Shown here in pieces: positions 53,069 through 64,000 of a DNA stretch of 64,000 nt. How positions within the stretch are numbered: the stretch's first letter is position 1; every line of letters begins with the position of its first letter. The stretch covers positions 7,130,001-7,194,000 of the forward strand of contig OZ024765.1 in assembly GCA_964016885.1 (NCBI GenBank), given 5' to 3'. The position numbers and the translations under genes were made by a program. The DNA is from Eledone cirrhosa. Taxonomy: Eukaryota. The notes beneath the pieces are model-generated. The model saw only the letters and a program-made list of their open reading frames with translations. It was not told the origin of the DNA and searched no databases.

Positions 53069-53992
53069 AGCTGGTCTCGCTTGGAGATCCTTCTTCTTCT
53101 TCACCCATTTATTCCTGAGAGGGTCGTGGGGGAAGAGCTCTCAAACACTCCTTCCAGTGGGTCTTGTCAGAAAAAAAACATCTCGAACTGATCCAGCTGG
53201 ATTCCCAAATGAGATCAGCCAAGCTCATAGATATTATCCAACCATCTTGCTTAGGGTTTTCTCCTGGGTCTCCTGTTGGTTGGTTTTGTCCATAAAATCT
53301 GTCCAGCAATTCTTTCCTGAGACCTAACTACATCTCCATAGTATCGGAGCTGTTGATCTCTCAATTTGGAGAAGTAGTGGCTCTACCTGGCGTGACTCTC
53401 TGATTTCTGAGCTACACACTTGAGGATCCAGACAGATCAATTGGAAGTGGATGCTTCTGACAGGACCAACTGAAAGGAGAGTTTCAGGACTGTGCCTCAA
53501 TAATCCTCCCAGGAATAAGTGGGCAAAGAAAAAGCGAAAAGTTTCTACTAAAACAGTTTGTAAAGGATGACAGCAAAGACTTGTGTGTTTATTGCATTTG
53601 GCATATGTATGTATATATGTATTTCTGTATGTATGTGCATGCATGAATGTATGCGTTTGTATGTGTATGTGTATATATATATATATATGTATATCATGCA
53701 AGCGTGGAAGATGGACGTTAAACGATGATGATGATGATATATATATATATATATACGTATGTGTATGTATGTATATGTAGGTATTTGTGTCTCTGTGTGT
53801 GTGTATAAGTATATATGTATGGATATATGCATGTACATGTATTCTTGTACATGTATGTATGTATGTATGTATGTATGTATGCATGTATAACTTATACAAG
53901 CATGGAAAACAGACATATGATGGTGATGATGATGGTGGTATGTGACATGGCGTCCATTATGCCTTCCTGAGTTATCTCCCTTTGATACTCAC

Positions 53993-54097
53993 CGTAAAAC
54001 GTGCTGTAGGCATTACCTAAGATGTGTACTGGTTCCTCAGTCTGTGGGAAGTCAACCAACTCAGCAGGGCCACTCTCATATGTCATGCACACGGAGG
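53993..54097 (-). CDS. ATG4B: ATG4 cysteine protease (ATG4B-like), coding exon 2
   Basis: cag|CC TCC GTG TGC ATG ACA TAT GAG...TTT TAC G|gtgagt, 105 bp, phase 1-1. ASVCMTYESGPAELVDFPQTEEPVHILGNAYSTFY aligns with human ATG4B ATLTYDTLRFAEFEDFPETSEPVWILGRKYSIFT (recalled sequence). Confidence 0.85.
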
Positions 54098-54654
54098 CTG
54101 ATCCCAGATGACAACAGCAACAGGAGTGATGAAGAAAAAGATAAAAGTATTCAAATTATACATTTAAATTACAGAAATGTTAATAGCTCCATGGTATTTT
54201 ATTTCATTTGCATTTATAACAATTGTTTCTACTTTTTGGCACAAGGCCAGCAATTACCCAGTATATTACTGGTACTTTATTTTATCGACCCCGTAAGGAT
54301 GAAAGGCAAAGTTAACCTCGGCAGAATTTGAACTCAGATCATAAAGGGACGTAACTCTCTGCTTCAAAGCATGGTGTCCGACTCTCTACCGATACTCCCA
54401 ATCCATAATAATGGCTTCTGATTTAGACACAAAGCTAAGAATTGGGAGGGGGGGGGGGTCCATGAAATAGACTCGAGCATATTACTGGTACTTTATTTTA
54501 TCTACCCCCATAAAAATGAAAAGCAAAGCTAACCTCGACAGGATTTGAATTCAGAACATAAAGGGACGTAACTCCATGCTGCAAAAGAATCTTGTCTGAC
54601 GCTCTACCGATTCGGCCAATCCACCAAGAATCCATTAGTAAGATATCATAATCA

Positions 54655-54932
54655 GCGTGTGTTTGTTGCATTAGTGTCGGTTGCTATGTTGAGCCCGTGT
54701 CACTCAGTTGTTTTAGTCATACTTACTTTCTTGCAGGAGAGAGAGGGGACATTCAGTACTGAAGCAAGCGTGTGTTTGTTGCTTTAGTGTCGGTTACTAT
54801 ATTGAACACGTGTCACTCAGTTGTTTTAGTCATACTTACTTTCTTGCAGGAGAGAGAGGGGACATTCAGTACTGAAGCAAGCGTGTGTTTGTTGCTTTAG
54901 TGTCGGTTACTATATTGAACACGTGTCACTCA
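54655..54932. repeat. ~114-bp tandem repeat (about 2.4 copies) in ATG4 intron 1
   Basis: agcgtgtgtttgttgc.ttagtgtcggtt.ctat.ttga..cgtgtcactca repeated. Confidence 0.85.
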
Positions 54933-56309
54933 CTTTCAACACTTTCTTTATCTCTTTTTTATATCTCCTGGTTCATACATTAACTTGCTAAGTTCCATCT
55001 TTGGCTTTCAGCACTATTTAATTTCACGTCTGCTAACTTGATCTTAAATTCTCACTTCTTCATTCTCTCTATTTTCTGTCACATTCTGTTGTAGTGGAGA
55101 TGATAACTGATGACAACCTCCATGTCCACAGATTGACAAACAAACATATAAACAAATGAATATAGGTCCAAGTAAGAGGAAAACCTATTCCTGAGTCTAA
55201 GGAACTCATATGATAAGTTTGAATATGATTGGTTCACTGGTTTTGAAGTGCATAGGAGACAAACAAACAAACTATTTTACCCCTTTCAACTATGATTATA
55301 TCTATATTTATATATGTATATAAATAGGGAGACACAAAGCAGACTTTGTTTATAAACAGCTAGTGAATTTGAAAATTAGGTAGTAACATGTGCTTACGCC
55401 GTATTTGACTAAATAGAATTAGTCTGTCTCTAGTGGTTAGAGCATTGGCCTTGCAATCGAAAGGTTGTGAGTTCAATTCTCAGACCGGGTGATGTTGTTT
55501 CCTTGAGCAAGACACTTTATTTCACATTGCTCCAGTTTACTCAGCTGTAGAAATGAAATGATAGGGACTGGGGTCCCTATCATTCCACTGCAAAGTGGTC
55601 GTGGAGGTGCCACGGCAAAAAAGCACCCAGCACTCACTGTAAATGAGGTTGGTGTTAGGAAGGGCATCCAGCTGTAGAAATCAAGCCAGAATCAGTTCCC
55701 GTCCCACCCTTGCAAGCAGGGAAAAGTGGACGTAAAATGAAATGATGAAAAATGATCTCCGCCTTGTAAAAACAATTTTATTCTTTCGATACAAGGGGTA
55801 CACACACACACCACAAGACAAAAGATAAATTCTATATCCACTCCTACCTTTTTTCAGTTTCACAAACTCCAAATACTGACCTTTCAACACAATGGAACCC
55901 CACCTTAAACCCCCCCCCCCCCCAACACACACACACACCCATTAAAAATGCCATCTGGACCATTGGTAGGAATGGTAAAAAAATTTTCTATTTTTAATCA
56001 AGTGAATTCCATTGAAGAATTCCTGACCTGCAGAACCCCACCTCAACCATCACCATCACCATCACACCTTCATAAATAATATTTTATTATGGAATATATC
56101 ATGTAAATACAGTTTAACAGAAAAAGAAAAAAAAGAATATTTAGATTGAGAAGAATAGAATGTAAAATAGGAAAATATAGAGAAGAAAGAGAAAAAGAAA
56201 GAAAAAACGAAAAGGCAAGGACTCTAGTATCACAGAAGAATGGAGAGAGGAAGGATGAGTGAGCTCTGGGAGTAGGGCACGGAGATAGAGGGGCTGCACC
56301 CCGTGGACA

Positions 56310-56645
56310 AGACCACAAAAGCATTCATTCCTGCGGACAATGGCCAGCGGCAACCACTGCTATAGCGACCCCCCACCTCGCAGGGCTTCTTCCTCAGACA
56401 GGCAGCCAACGTTACGACCTTGCGGAGGAACTCAACTGTATGGGGTCCAAGTAAGCCCGAGGTCTCAATGGCGACCTGTGCAAAGAGGAAGCGGCTGGGC
56501 ACTCCCCGGTATTTGTTTATTTTTCGTTTCTCTGCAAGGTGGGTGGCGGGCGGTACTTGGGTTTGTGGTGGAGAACATGTCACAACATGTGGCGTCCCAG
56601 ATGAGGGATCTGCGTCATTCGAATGGGAAGAGGGTGATTCAATCA
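56310..56645 (-). mobile_element. CRE-like non-LTR retrotransposon RLE-endonuclease 3' fragment, frameshifted
   Basis: WDATC.., LAEKRKINKY.., F.FAQVAIETSGLLGP..FL.., then PLAIVRRN in another frame, resembling the S.AIQRGNA end of CRE-clade elements. Confidence 0.65.
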
Positions 56646-56994
56646 AGTGAATTTAATTGAATTCACACCTGATAGAGATGTAGGGGTGCCGTATTGTATT
56701 GACATATGGCATTTCTTGGGCATTGTAAACCTGGCAGAGCCCACCCCTCTCCAGGCCTGAGTGCAGTGGATTTATTCCAGAGAAAGATAAAAAGTGAGAG
56801 AAACGAAATGAGAAAGAGATATAGAAGAAGAATAGACCCCAGTACTAGACTGGTACTTTTTTATCAAACTCAAAAGGATGAAAGGCAAAGTTGACCTCTG
56901 TGGGATTTGAACTCGGAGAGAAAGAGCCAGAATGAATACCATAAAGCATTCTATCCGACATTCTAAGACTGTCAATTCGCCGCCGCTGTATATA

Positions 56995-57219
56995 TCTTAA
57001 CTATAATAAAGTAAAGAGTTCAGGACTGCATCCAGATTATATTTTTTTATCATGTTTGTAAAATAAGTTGGATTACTTTGAATAAATAATGAATGATTAC
57101 ATAATTTATCTACTTAATTTCGTGGCTGTTCATTAAATATATTTTATTACTTATTTAAAGATTCACTTCATTAAAAATTTCAAATGTCAACACCACCCGA
57201 AGGGTGGTTTTTCTGCTAG
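56995..57219 (+). mobile_element. Short non-autonomous Helitron
   Basis: A|TCTTAACTATAATAAAG 5' end; hairpin accaccc-gaa-gggtggt then CTAG|T 3' end. Confidence 0.75.
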
Positions 57220-57580
57220 TACATCTAGTAAATAAAATCAGTTTAGTGTTCCTGAGGAACACAGCTGATTGAACAGGGTTTACGAGACTAGAAATAGGTA
57301 GTAACTTAACCACTATCATGCTAGTCGATGCATCATTCTCCAATCAATTGACCTTTGAAACAATCGTAAAAAATTCTGTTTTTATTATTCAAACACATAT
57401 ATGGAGGAGAAGGAGGCAGTGATAAGCATCCTGAACGCCTACACTTCCAGAAGTGGCTGAAACACTACAAGTGTATTGAAGTTGGATGACCCTACTTTGA
57501 GGGAGACTAAAGTTTTGTGTTGATCAGAGTTAAATAAATGTCTCTCTGATAAAACGCTCAGAACCTCTTGAGTGTATCTT

Positions 57581-57621
<41 letters not shown>

Positions 57622-58661
57622 TAGAGATGTGTGTGTGTATATGAATCCAGGATATTGAATGAGGGCAAGACAATGCATTTACGTAATGGATACTTAAGTT
57701 TAGGAGGGACATAATTGCTTTTGTTATATATATATCATTTCATCATCATTTCATTTTACGTCAGCGTTCCCTGCTTGCAAGGGTGGGACGGGAACTGATT
57801 CTGGCTTGATTTCTACAGCTGGATGCCCTTCCTAACACCAACCTCATTTACAGTGAGTGCTGGGTACTTTTTTGCCGTGGCACCTCCACGACCACTTTTC
57901 AGTGGAATGATAGGGACCCCAGTCCCTATCATCTCATTTCTACAGCTGAGTAAACTGGAGCAATGTGAAATAAAGTGTCTTGCTCAAGGAAACAACACAT
58001 CACCTGGTCCGAGAATTGATCTCACAACCTTTCGATTGCAAAGCCAATGGTCTAACCACTAAGCCATGTGCCTCCATATAAATATATATAGAATACAGAA
58101 AAGCGAAGTAGTTTCAGATGTTCAAGTCCTTTAATAATTGTTTCTACGTTAGGCAGAAATGTTAATAGCTCCATGGTATTTTATTTCATTTGCATTTATA
58201 ACAATTGTTTCTACTTTTTGGCACAAGGCCAGCAATTACCCAGTACATTACTGGTACTTTATTTTATCGACCCCGTAAGGATGAAAGGCAAAGTTAACCT
58301 CGGCGGGATTTGAACTCAGATCATAAAGGGACGTAACTGTGCTGCAAAGCATGGCATCCGACCCTCTACCGATACTGCCAATCCAGTCCTTTAATAATAA
58401 TGCTGTGATATATATTTCAATGGTGACAGTGAACATCTGAAACTACTTCGCTTTTCCTTATTCTATATACACTCCGTCACTCCTGTGTGGAATAAGTACG
58501 TTGAGTGCTTGAATTGAATTGCATCAATGTTTACTCTATAATATATATATATATATTTACAATATATTAACAAATGGAAACTATATTTGTAAAAATATAT
58601 TTATTTCATTATACATATTTCAAGGGCCACCAAGGTAAACTATGGTGCACTTTCATCACTC

Positions 58662-58698
<37 letters not shown>

Positions 58699-59380
58699 AA
58701 TGTTGGCGTATGTGTGCATAAATCTATTTGTAATTATATAATATATATATATATATATTTTTTTTTTTAGAAGAAACGGTGAGAGTGGTTACTGATAAAA
58801 TGTGAGAAAAACCACAGACCCTCCATCTCAACCCTACTTTTGAAAAGCAGAAGAACTGTGAAACCGGTAAAGGAACCAAATAAATATATATATATTTTTT
58901 TTTTTAAATAAGACTCCAGTTGCATTTTCGATTTCATCTTTTTTTTTTTATACTTTCATTCGTGTAGGACACCTCGGTTATTTTTCATTTTGTAAAAAAA
59001 AACCTCACTTTCTAATATATATATATATATATATATATTGTTATACTTGGGGAGGGTCATATTTGTGTAATATTGCCAGAATTAATAACAGAACACACTC
59101 ACTGTTTGGTTGGTTTTCGCTTTTCGCTTCGAAAAGCCAGAATCAGTTCCCGTCCCACCCTTGCAAGCAGGGAAAAAGCGGACGTAAAACGAAATGAAAT
59201 GAATATATATAACAAAAGCCTAAACTTAAGTATCCATTACGTAAATGCGTTGGATTCCCACACACAAATATATATATATATACATAGCACACATATATAT
59301 GTGCGTGTGTGTGTGTTAAGTATTTCCGTAGAAAAGGTAAAGGAAAGAAGAGTGCTCTATGTATTGTACAGAGCTATTTA

Positions 59381-59540
59381 ATTATGTAATAAGCAACACA
59401 ATGTAATTATTCCATTACCAAAGGTTTCAGGAGACTAGACGATCCTTACGTAGCTAACTATTTCATCTGATGAAGGATCGTCTAGTCTCCTGAAACCGTT
59501 GGTAATGGAATAATTATATTGTGTTGTTTATTATGTAATT
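59381..59540 (+). ncRNA. Hairpin element with a canonical hammerhead at 59462-59510
   Basis: ttcat CTGATGA agga-tcgtctagtc-tcct GAAA cc-gtt-gg TA atggaa; the left arm is an inverted partial copy. Confidence 0.75.
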
Positions 59541-59696
59541 AAATAAATATATAAATATATATATACACACACACACATACATTCTGCGCGTATGTATGTA
59601 TATTATAATTTGTTGAGAAGTTTCGTGAACAAAGCCGATAGTATAAGGTGTGAATATATTTATCACAATACATTTTAGATAAACATTACGTAAACG

Positions 59697-59746
<50 letters not shown>

Positions 59747-59775
59747 TATATATATATACAGGCGTATATATACAC

Positions 59776-59828
<53 letters not shown>

Positions 59829-59841
59829 CAGGCATATATAT

Positions 59842-59872
<31 letters not shown>

Positions 59873-59907
59873 CACACACACACATATATATATATATACA
59901 CACACAC

Positions 59908-59969
<62 letters not shown>

Positions 59970-59994
59970 TATATATATATACAGGCGTATATAT

Positions 59995-60029
<35 letters not shown>

Positions 60030-60042
60030 CAGGCATATATAT

Positions 60043-60105
<63 letters not shown>

Positions 60106-60292
60106 CAGGCATATATACACACACACATACACATATATATATATAGATCAAAAGATTCAGGGTCCGGATGTAATTGTCGAAACGGCTATAGCTCAGCCGT
60201 CGGGGTCCTGAATCTTTTCATATTACCCACTCTACTATCCCAAGTACCGAGCACTCTGGTGGGTCTAGCTGGTTTTTACCACACCCTATTTG

Positions 60293-60324
<32 letters not shown>

Positions 60325-60364
60325 GCGCGCATGCACACTCAATGCCTCATATATCGTTTTTATT

Positions 60365-60480
60365 GTACGACGCTGGACTGAAAAGTTCATAGGCTGACTA
60401 TGAAGGAGTGATGCTAGAGCTGTGAAATCTTGCATACATTAATTTCAACGCTTCTTATTAGTAACTGCATTGTTTCTTTC
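60365..60480 (+). mobile_element. Mariner-like TIR fragment
   Basis: tacgacgctggactgaaaagttcataggctgac resembles mariner terminal sequence. Confidence 0.4.
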
Positions 60481-60540
60481 CAGGGGCTATGTTGAATGAC
60501 CTCATTTGGTCATTCCATGGAATGACCAATATATATATAC

Positions 60541-60577
<37 letters not shown>

Positions 60578-60867
60578 TGGCTTCTACAGGACTAGAACTG
60601 TTTAATTCGAATGAAATCATCATCTTGTATCGAGTACCTTACTGTGGTTTCACCCGATTGAACCCGGGACTCATCTGATGGGTTCTTTCGTTGTTTTTGG
60701 TATTGTGTGGTTGGGTTTTGCCTGCCGCAATTTTCAATTTGTCAAGCTATCTAAACGTATGTTATTACTCTAAGGACCTACCCTTATTGAGTGCTTTGCT
60801 ACTCATTCCTTATTGTAAGTCGACTTTGCTTGACCACAGCCGAAGCTTCGATTTTACTAAGCTTCCA

Positions 60868-60905
<38 letters not shown>

Positions 60906-61045
60906 TCGGGAGCATTTATGATAAAAGAGTTAAAACTAAATATTACAGCATTCTCGTGACTTTAACTTCCATTCTACATATATTTGATGGATATGATTTG
61001 GCTGGGACTTTCCTATATATGTATATATATACACAAAGACACACG

Positions 61046-61085
<40 letters not shown>

Positions 61086-61292
61086 CCACGATCCCCCGAC
61101 CTGATCTCTCAAAAGGGGACAGTCAGACCTACCCATGCTAACGTGGAAGATGGACGTTAAACGATGATATATATATAATTAGAACAGTGACATATATATA
61201 TATACGAATATATGTTTGTATATGGGTCAATGTGTGTATATGTAGGTGGGTGTGTATATATAGTAATAATAAAAACGATGATGTGTATACAA

Positions 61293-61323
<31 letters not shown>

Positions 61324-61403
61324 CTCACACACAAACATCACCTTTACCCCGTCTTATATTCATATATAGTAATGATGATGATGTGTACGTGTGTGTGTGT
61401 ATA

Positions 61404-61453
<50 letters not shown>

Positions 61454-61634
61454 TATTTTATATAGATGTATACATCATCGCCTTTACTATCATATTAGTA
61501 TGTGGGAATGCATATACATACATATATATATATAATATATGCATACACAGATACACATATTCATATATACACCTCAATATATATATATATATATATATAT
61601 AAGGCGGTGATAGTGATGATATAAAAATACAAAC

Positions 61635-61650
61635 CGTCTGCAAAGTCCAT
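61635..61650 (-). CDS. ATG4B: ATG4B-like coding exon 1 (MDFAD plus one base)
   Basis: aataATG GAC TTT GCA GAC G|gtttgt, phase 1, completes GCC (Ala) with exon 2 to give MDFADASVCMTYE. Confidence 0.7.
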
Positions 61651-61730
61651 TATTGTCCAGAAAGAAATTCTAACATCACTTGACAGGGTTGTTGTTGTTG
61701 TTTGTTTATTGTTTTGTTGAAGTGACACAA

Positions 61731-61746
61731 ACCGGAACCGGAAGTA
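61731..61746. promoter_or_regulatory. Tandem ETS-type sites (accggaaccggaagt), probable ATG4 housekeeping promoter
   Basis: Two CCGGAA cores about 80-95 bp upstream of the ATG4 start codon. Confidence 0.5.
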
Positions 61747-61780
61747 GTCAGAAGAGGCGTGTGCATATATGTATAATATA

Positions 61781-61816
<36 letters not shown>

Positions 61817-62449
61817 CACAAACACACATGAATAAAATTCTTTATATATATATTTTTTATTAATGTATGTGTATATATATATTTATGTGTGTGTGTGTTA
61901 TATAGATACACACATTCATTAAAAAGTATATATACGAATACAACGCATACACACACATTCATATATATATTTGTATATATATTTTTTCACATTTATATAT
62001 ATATATACACACTACGTTACATAACTACTGAATCCTCTCGCAAGAGAATCAAGGGGAGGTAATTAGTAGGGGTTTCCTGCACTTCTCACCAAAGCAGGGA
62101 TCTGTGCGTGTAAGCAGTGTTGTATTACTCTATAACCTGGTCCGTAGGTTTTTAGATATTTAAGGGCCCCCTCTGGCACTTGAGACGTTCACCCCACTAC
62201 AACCAGAAAAAAATACAAATAATTAGCGTGTCTCTAGGCTAGAATTTTGTATATGTGTGTGCATGTGCATTTTTCAGAGTGTGTATGTGTGATTGTGTGT
62301 GTGTGTGACTGACATGCATGGGCACTGCTGGTTCAACACAACTACAAACACAAACGCACACACACATACATGCAAACAGTCACAATCAATCGCGTACATA
62401 CACACACATACATACACCTATAAACGCAAACACAGATACATTAATGAAT

Positions 62450-63015
62450 TTGTTTTAGAAGGTTTTTGATATGAAATTGTGTGTTGAAATAAATATTGTT
62501 ATACTTGGGGAGGTTCATAGTGTTATATTGCCAGAAATATATAATAAAACGCACCCACTGTTTAGTATGGGTTTGTTTTTGCTTCAGTATATTTTATATC
62601 CCTATAAAATAGAATAAGTAAACATTACAGCAATACAATGGGAGGAAATAGTACCACTGATGATGTCACAGGAGTGTGACGAAAGAAGTCTGAGCTTATA
62701 TCATCATCATCATCGTTTAACGTCCGTGTTCCATGCTTGCATGGGTTTGGACGGGAGTTTTCCCACTTGAGGCAAGAGTGGTTGTCTTGCTCGCATAGGA
62801 CTGTCTGGCGGGTTTTCTACAATTGGATGCCCTTCCTAACACCAACCACATTTATATTTATAACTGCTGGTCAATCAATGATAAACATTGATTGCCAGCT
62901 AAATTAATTATAGGGATATAAAATATACTGAAGCGAAAACCAACCTAAACCAGTGTCTTTTATTATATAGTTCTGGCAATATTGTAACAACATGACCCTC
63001 CCCCAAATATAACAA
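62450..63015. mobile_element. Fold-back 'gggagggtcat' element with a hammerhead core at 62657-62690, interrupted by an RTE-derived insertion
   Basis: Inverted arms ~62495-62605 and 62910-63015; CTGATGA tgtcaca-ggag-tgtgac GAAA gaag TC. Confidence 0.6.
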
Positions 63016-64000
63016 TAGATACAGAAGTTATTGTTGATAACACTTCAGTAAAATAAATCCATCAACATCAACAAGAACTTCGTTGTTAGTGACCTAACTC
63101 CCCTTCTCCCCACCCCATAAAGGGTGGTAATAAAAACAAAATTGATTCAACGTTAATTCCTGGTATTTTAGAATTTGGTTCTGCTCAGTTTGGGTTGTGG
63201 TGACCTTCAACTTCACAATATCAAAGACATGAGAAGGAGAAAAAGGGACATAGACAATGGCATCTGATGAGACAGCAACCTGCAGTGTTGGACTTACCTG
63301 TAAGCTAAATAAGCTATAGCTTAGAGCAACATACCCTAGTGAGGGCGCATGGCTTAGTGGTTAGAGCATTGGGCTTGGAATCAAAAGGTTGTGAGTTCAA
63401 TTCTCAGACCAGGTGATGTGTTGTTTCCTTGAGCAAGACACTTTATTTCACGTTGCTCCAGTTTACTCAGCTCTAGAAATGAGATGATAGGACTGGGGTC
63501 CCTATCATTAAATTACCCAAGACACCTCCAACAAGATATACCTTGGAGGAGGCCAGCTAAACCTGCATAGGTGTGAGCTGTCACACACACACACATATAC
63601 ATACCCTCAAGGTGTGGGCTAACATTGCTGGGTCATGGTCCTTGTAAATTCATACGTACTCTCCAGCTATCTCTTTCCTCCTGTGCAATGCTGGATTCAC
63701 CTATAAGCCAGAGGTCCTCAAAGTGGGCGCTGTAGAGATGATATAATGGTATACTTCTTTGACTCTAAACTCTGCTAGTTGCAGACTGCGCATCAACATG
63801 AGATAATTTTCTCCACAAAAGTTTGATCACCAGCAGCAGAGTTTAACCCTTTACCATTTACATTACTCTATATATACTATTGTATTTTCACTGTAAGCAC
63901 TTTATCTCACATATGTGAGATAATTATGTAAGATAAATAGTTTACCACAAAAATACAATAGTACCATATTTCCCTGCGTCGAAGAAGCTATTTTTTCCCC

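Noticed and set aside
53070-53560. Non-repetitive-looking segment after the gap as exon sequence
   Set aside because: It matches 30965-31125 in reverse complement and is internally inverted, so it is an interspersed repeat.
60148-60220. Hairpin with GAAA-cggct..agccg-TC as an intact hammerhead (similar relics at 7430-7470, 9655-9680, 35134-35347, 60575-60625)
   Set aside because: The CUGANGA box is missing or heavily mutated; at best decayed copies, so not counted as features.

Overview
Repeat-dense animal genomic DNA, not prokaryotic. The giant (TA/CA)n microsatellites, tRNA-derived SINEs, RTE LINEs and paired IL-17-like genes point to a coleoid cephalopod, probably an octopod (inference). 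Host genes I can support: (1) a heme oxygenase whose whole CDS is one exon (25779-26528, +), lacking the C-terminal membrane anchor, with Phe at the HO-1 Arg183 position and a candidate ARE/CCAAT/TATA/Inr promoter; (2) two convergent IL-17-like cytokine genes (+ ~32510/36595-37041; - 44175-40733); (3) the first two coding exons of an ATG4B-like protease (-, 61650-61635 and 54097-53993), running toward a 200-N assembly gap. The most striking non-coding signal is about 15 minimal type I hammerhead-ribozyme motifs of several families. Most sit in short fold-back elements inserted in (TA)n tracts, resembling Penelope-like pLTRs or retrozymes, and four lie in sense in the predicted IL-17 intron. 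Also present are decayed Gypsy, RTE, CRE-like and R4-like fragments, Helitrons, hAT/piggyBac/Tc1 MITEs and many satellites. Nearly all long ORFs in the track are microsatellite translation artefacts. All alignments were done by eye; no database search was run.
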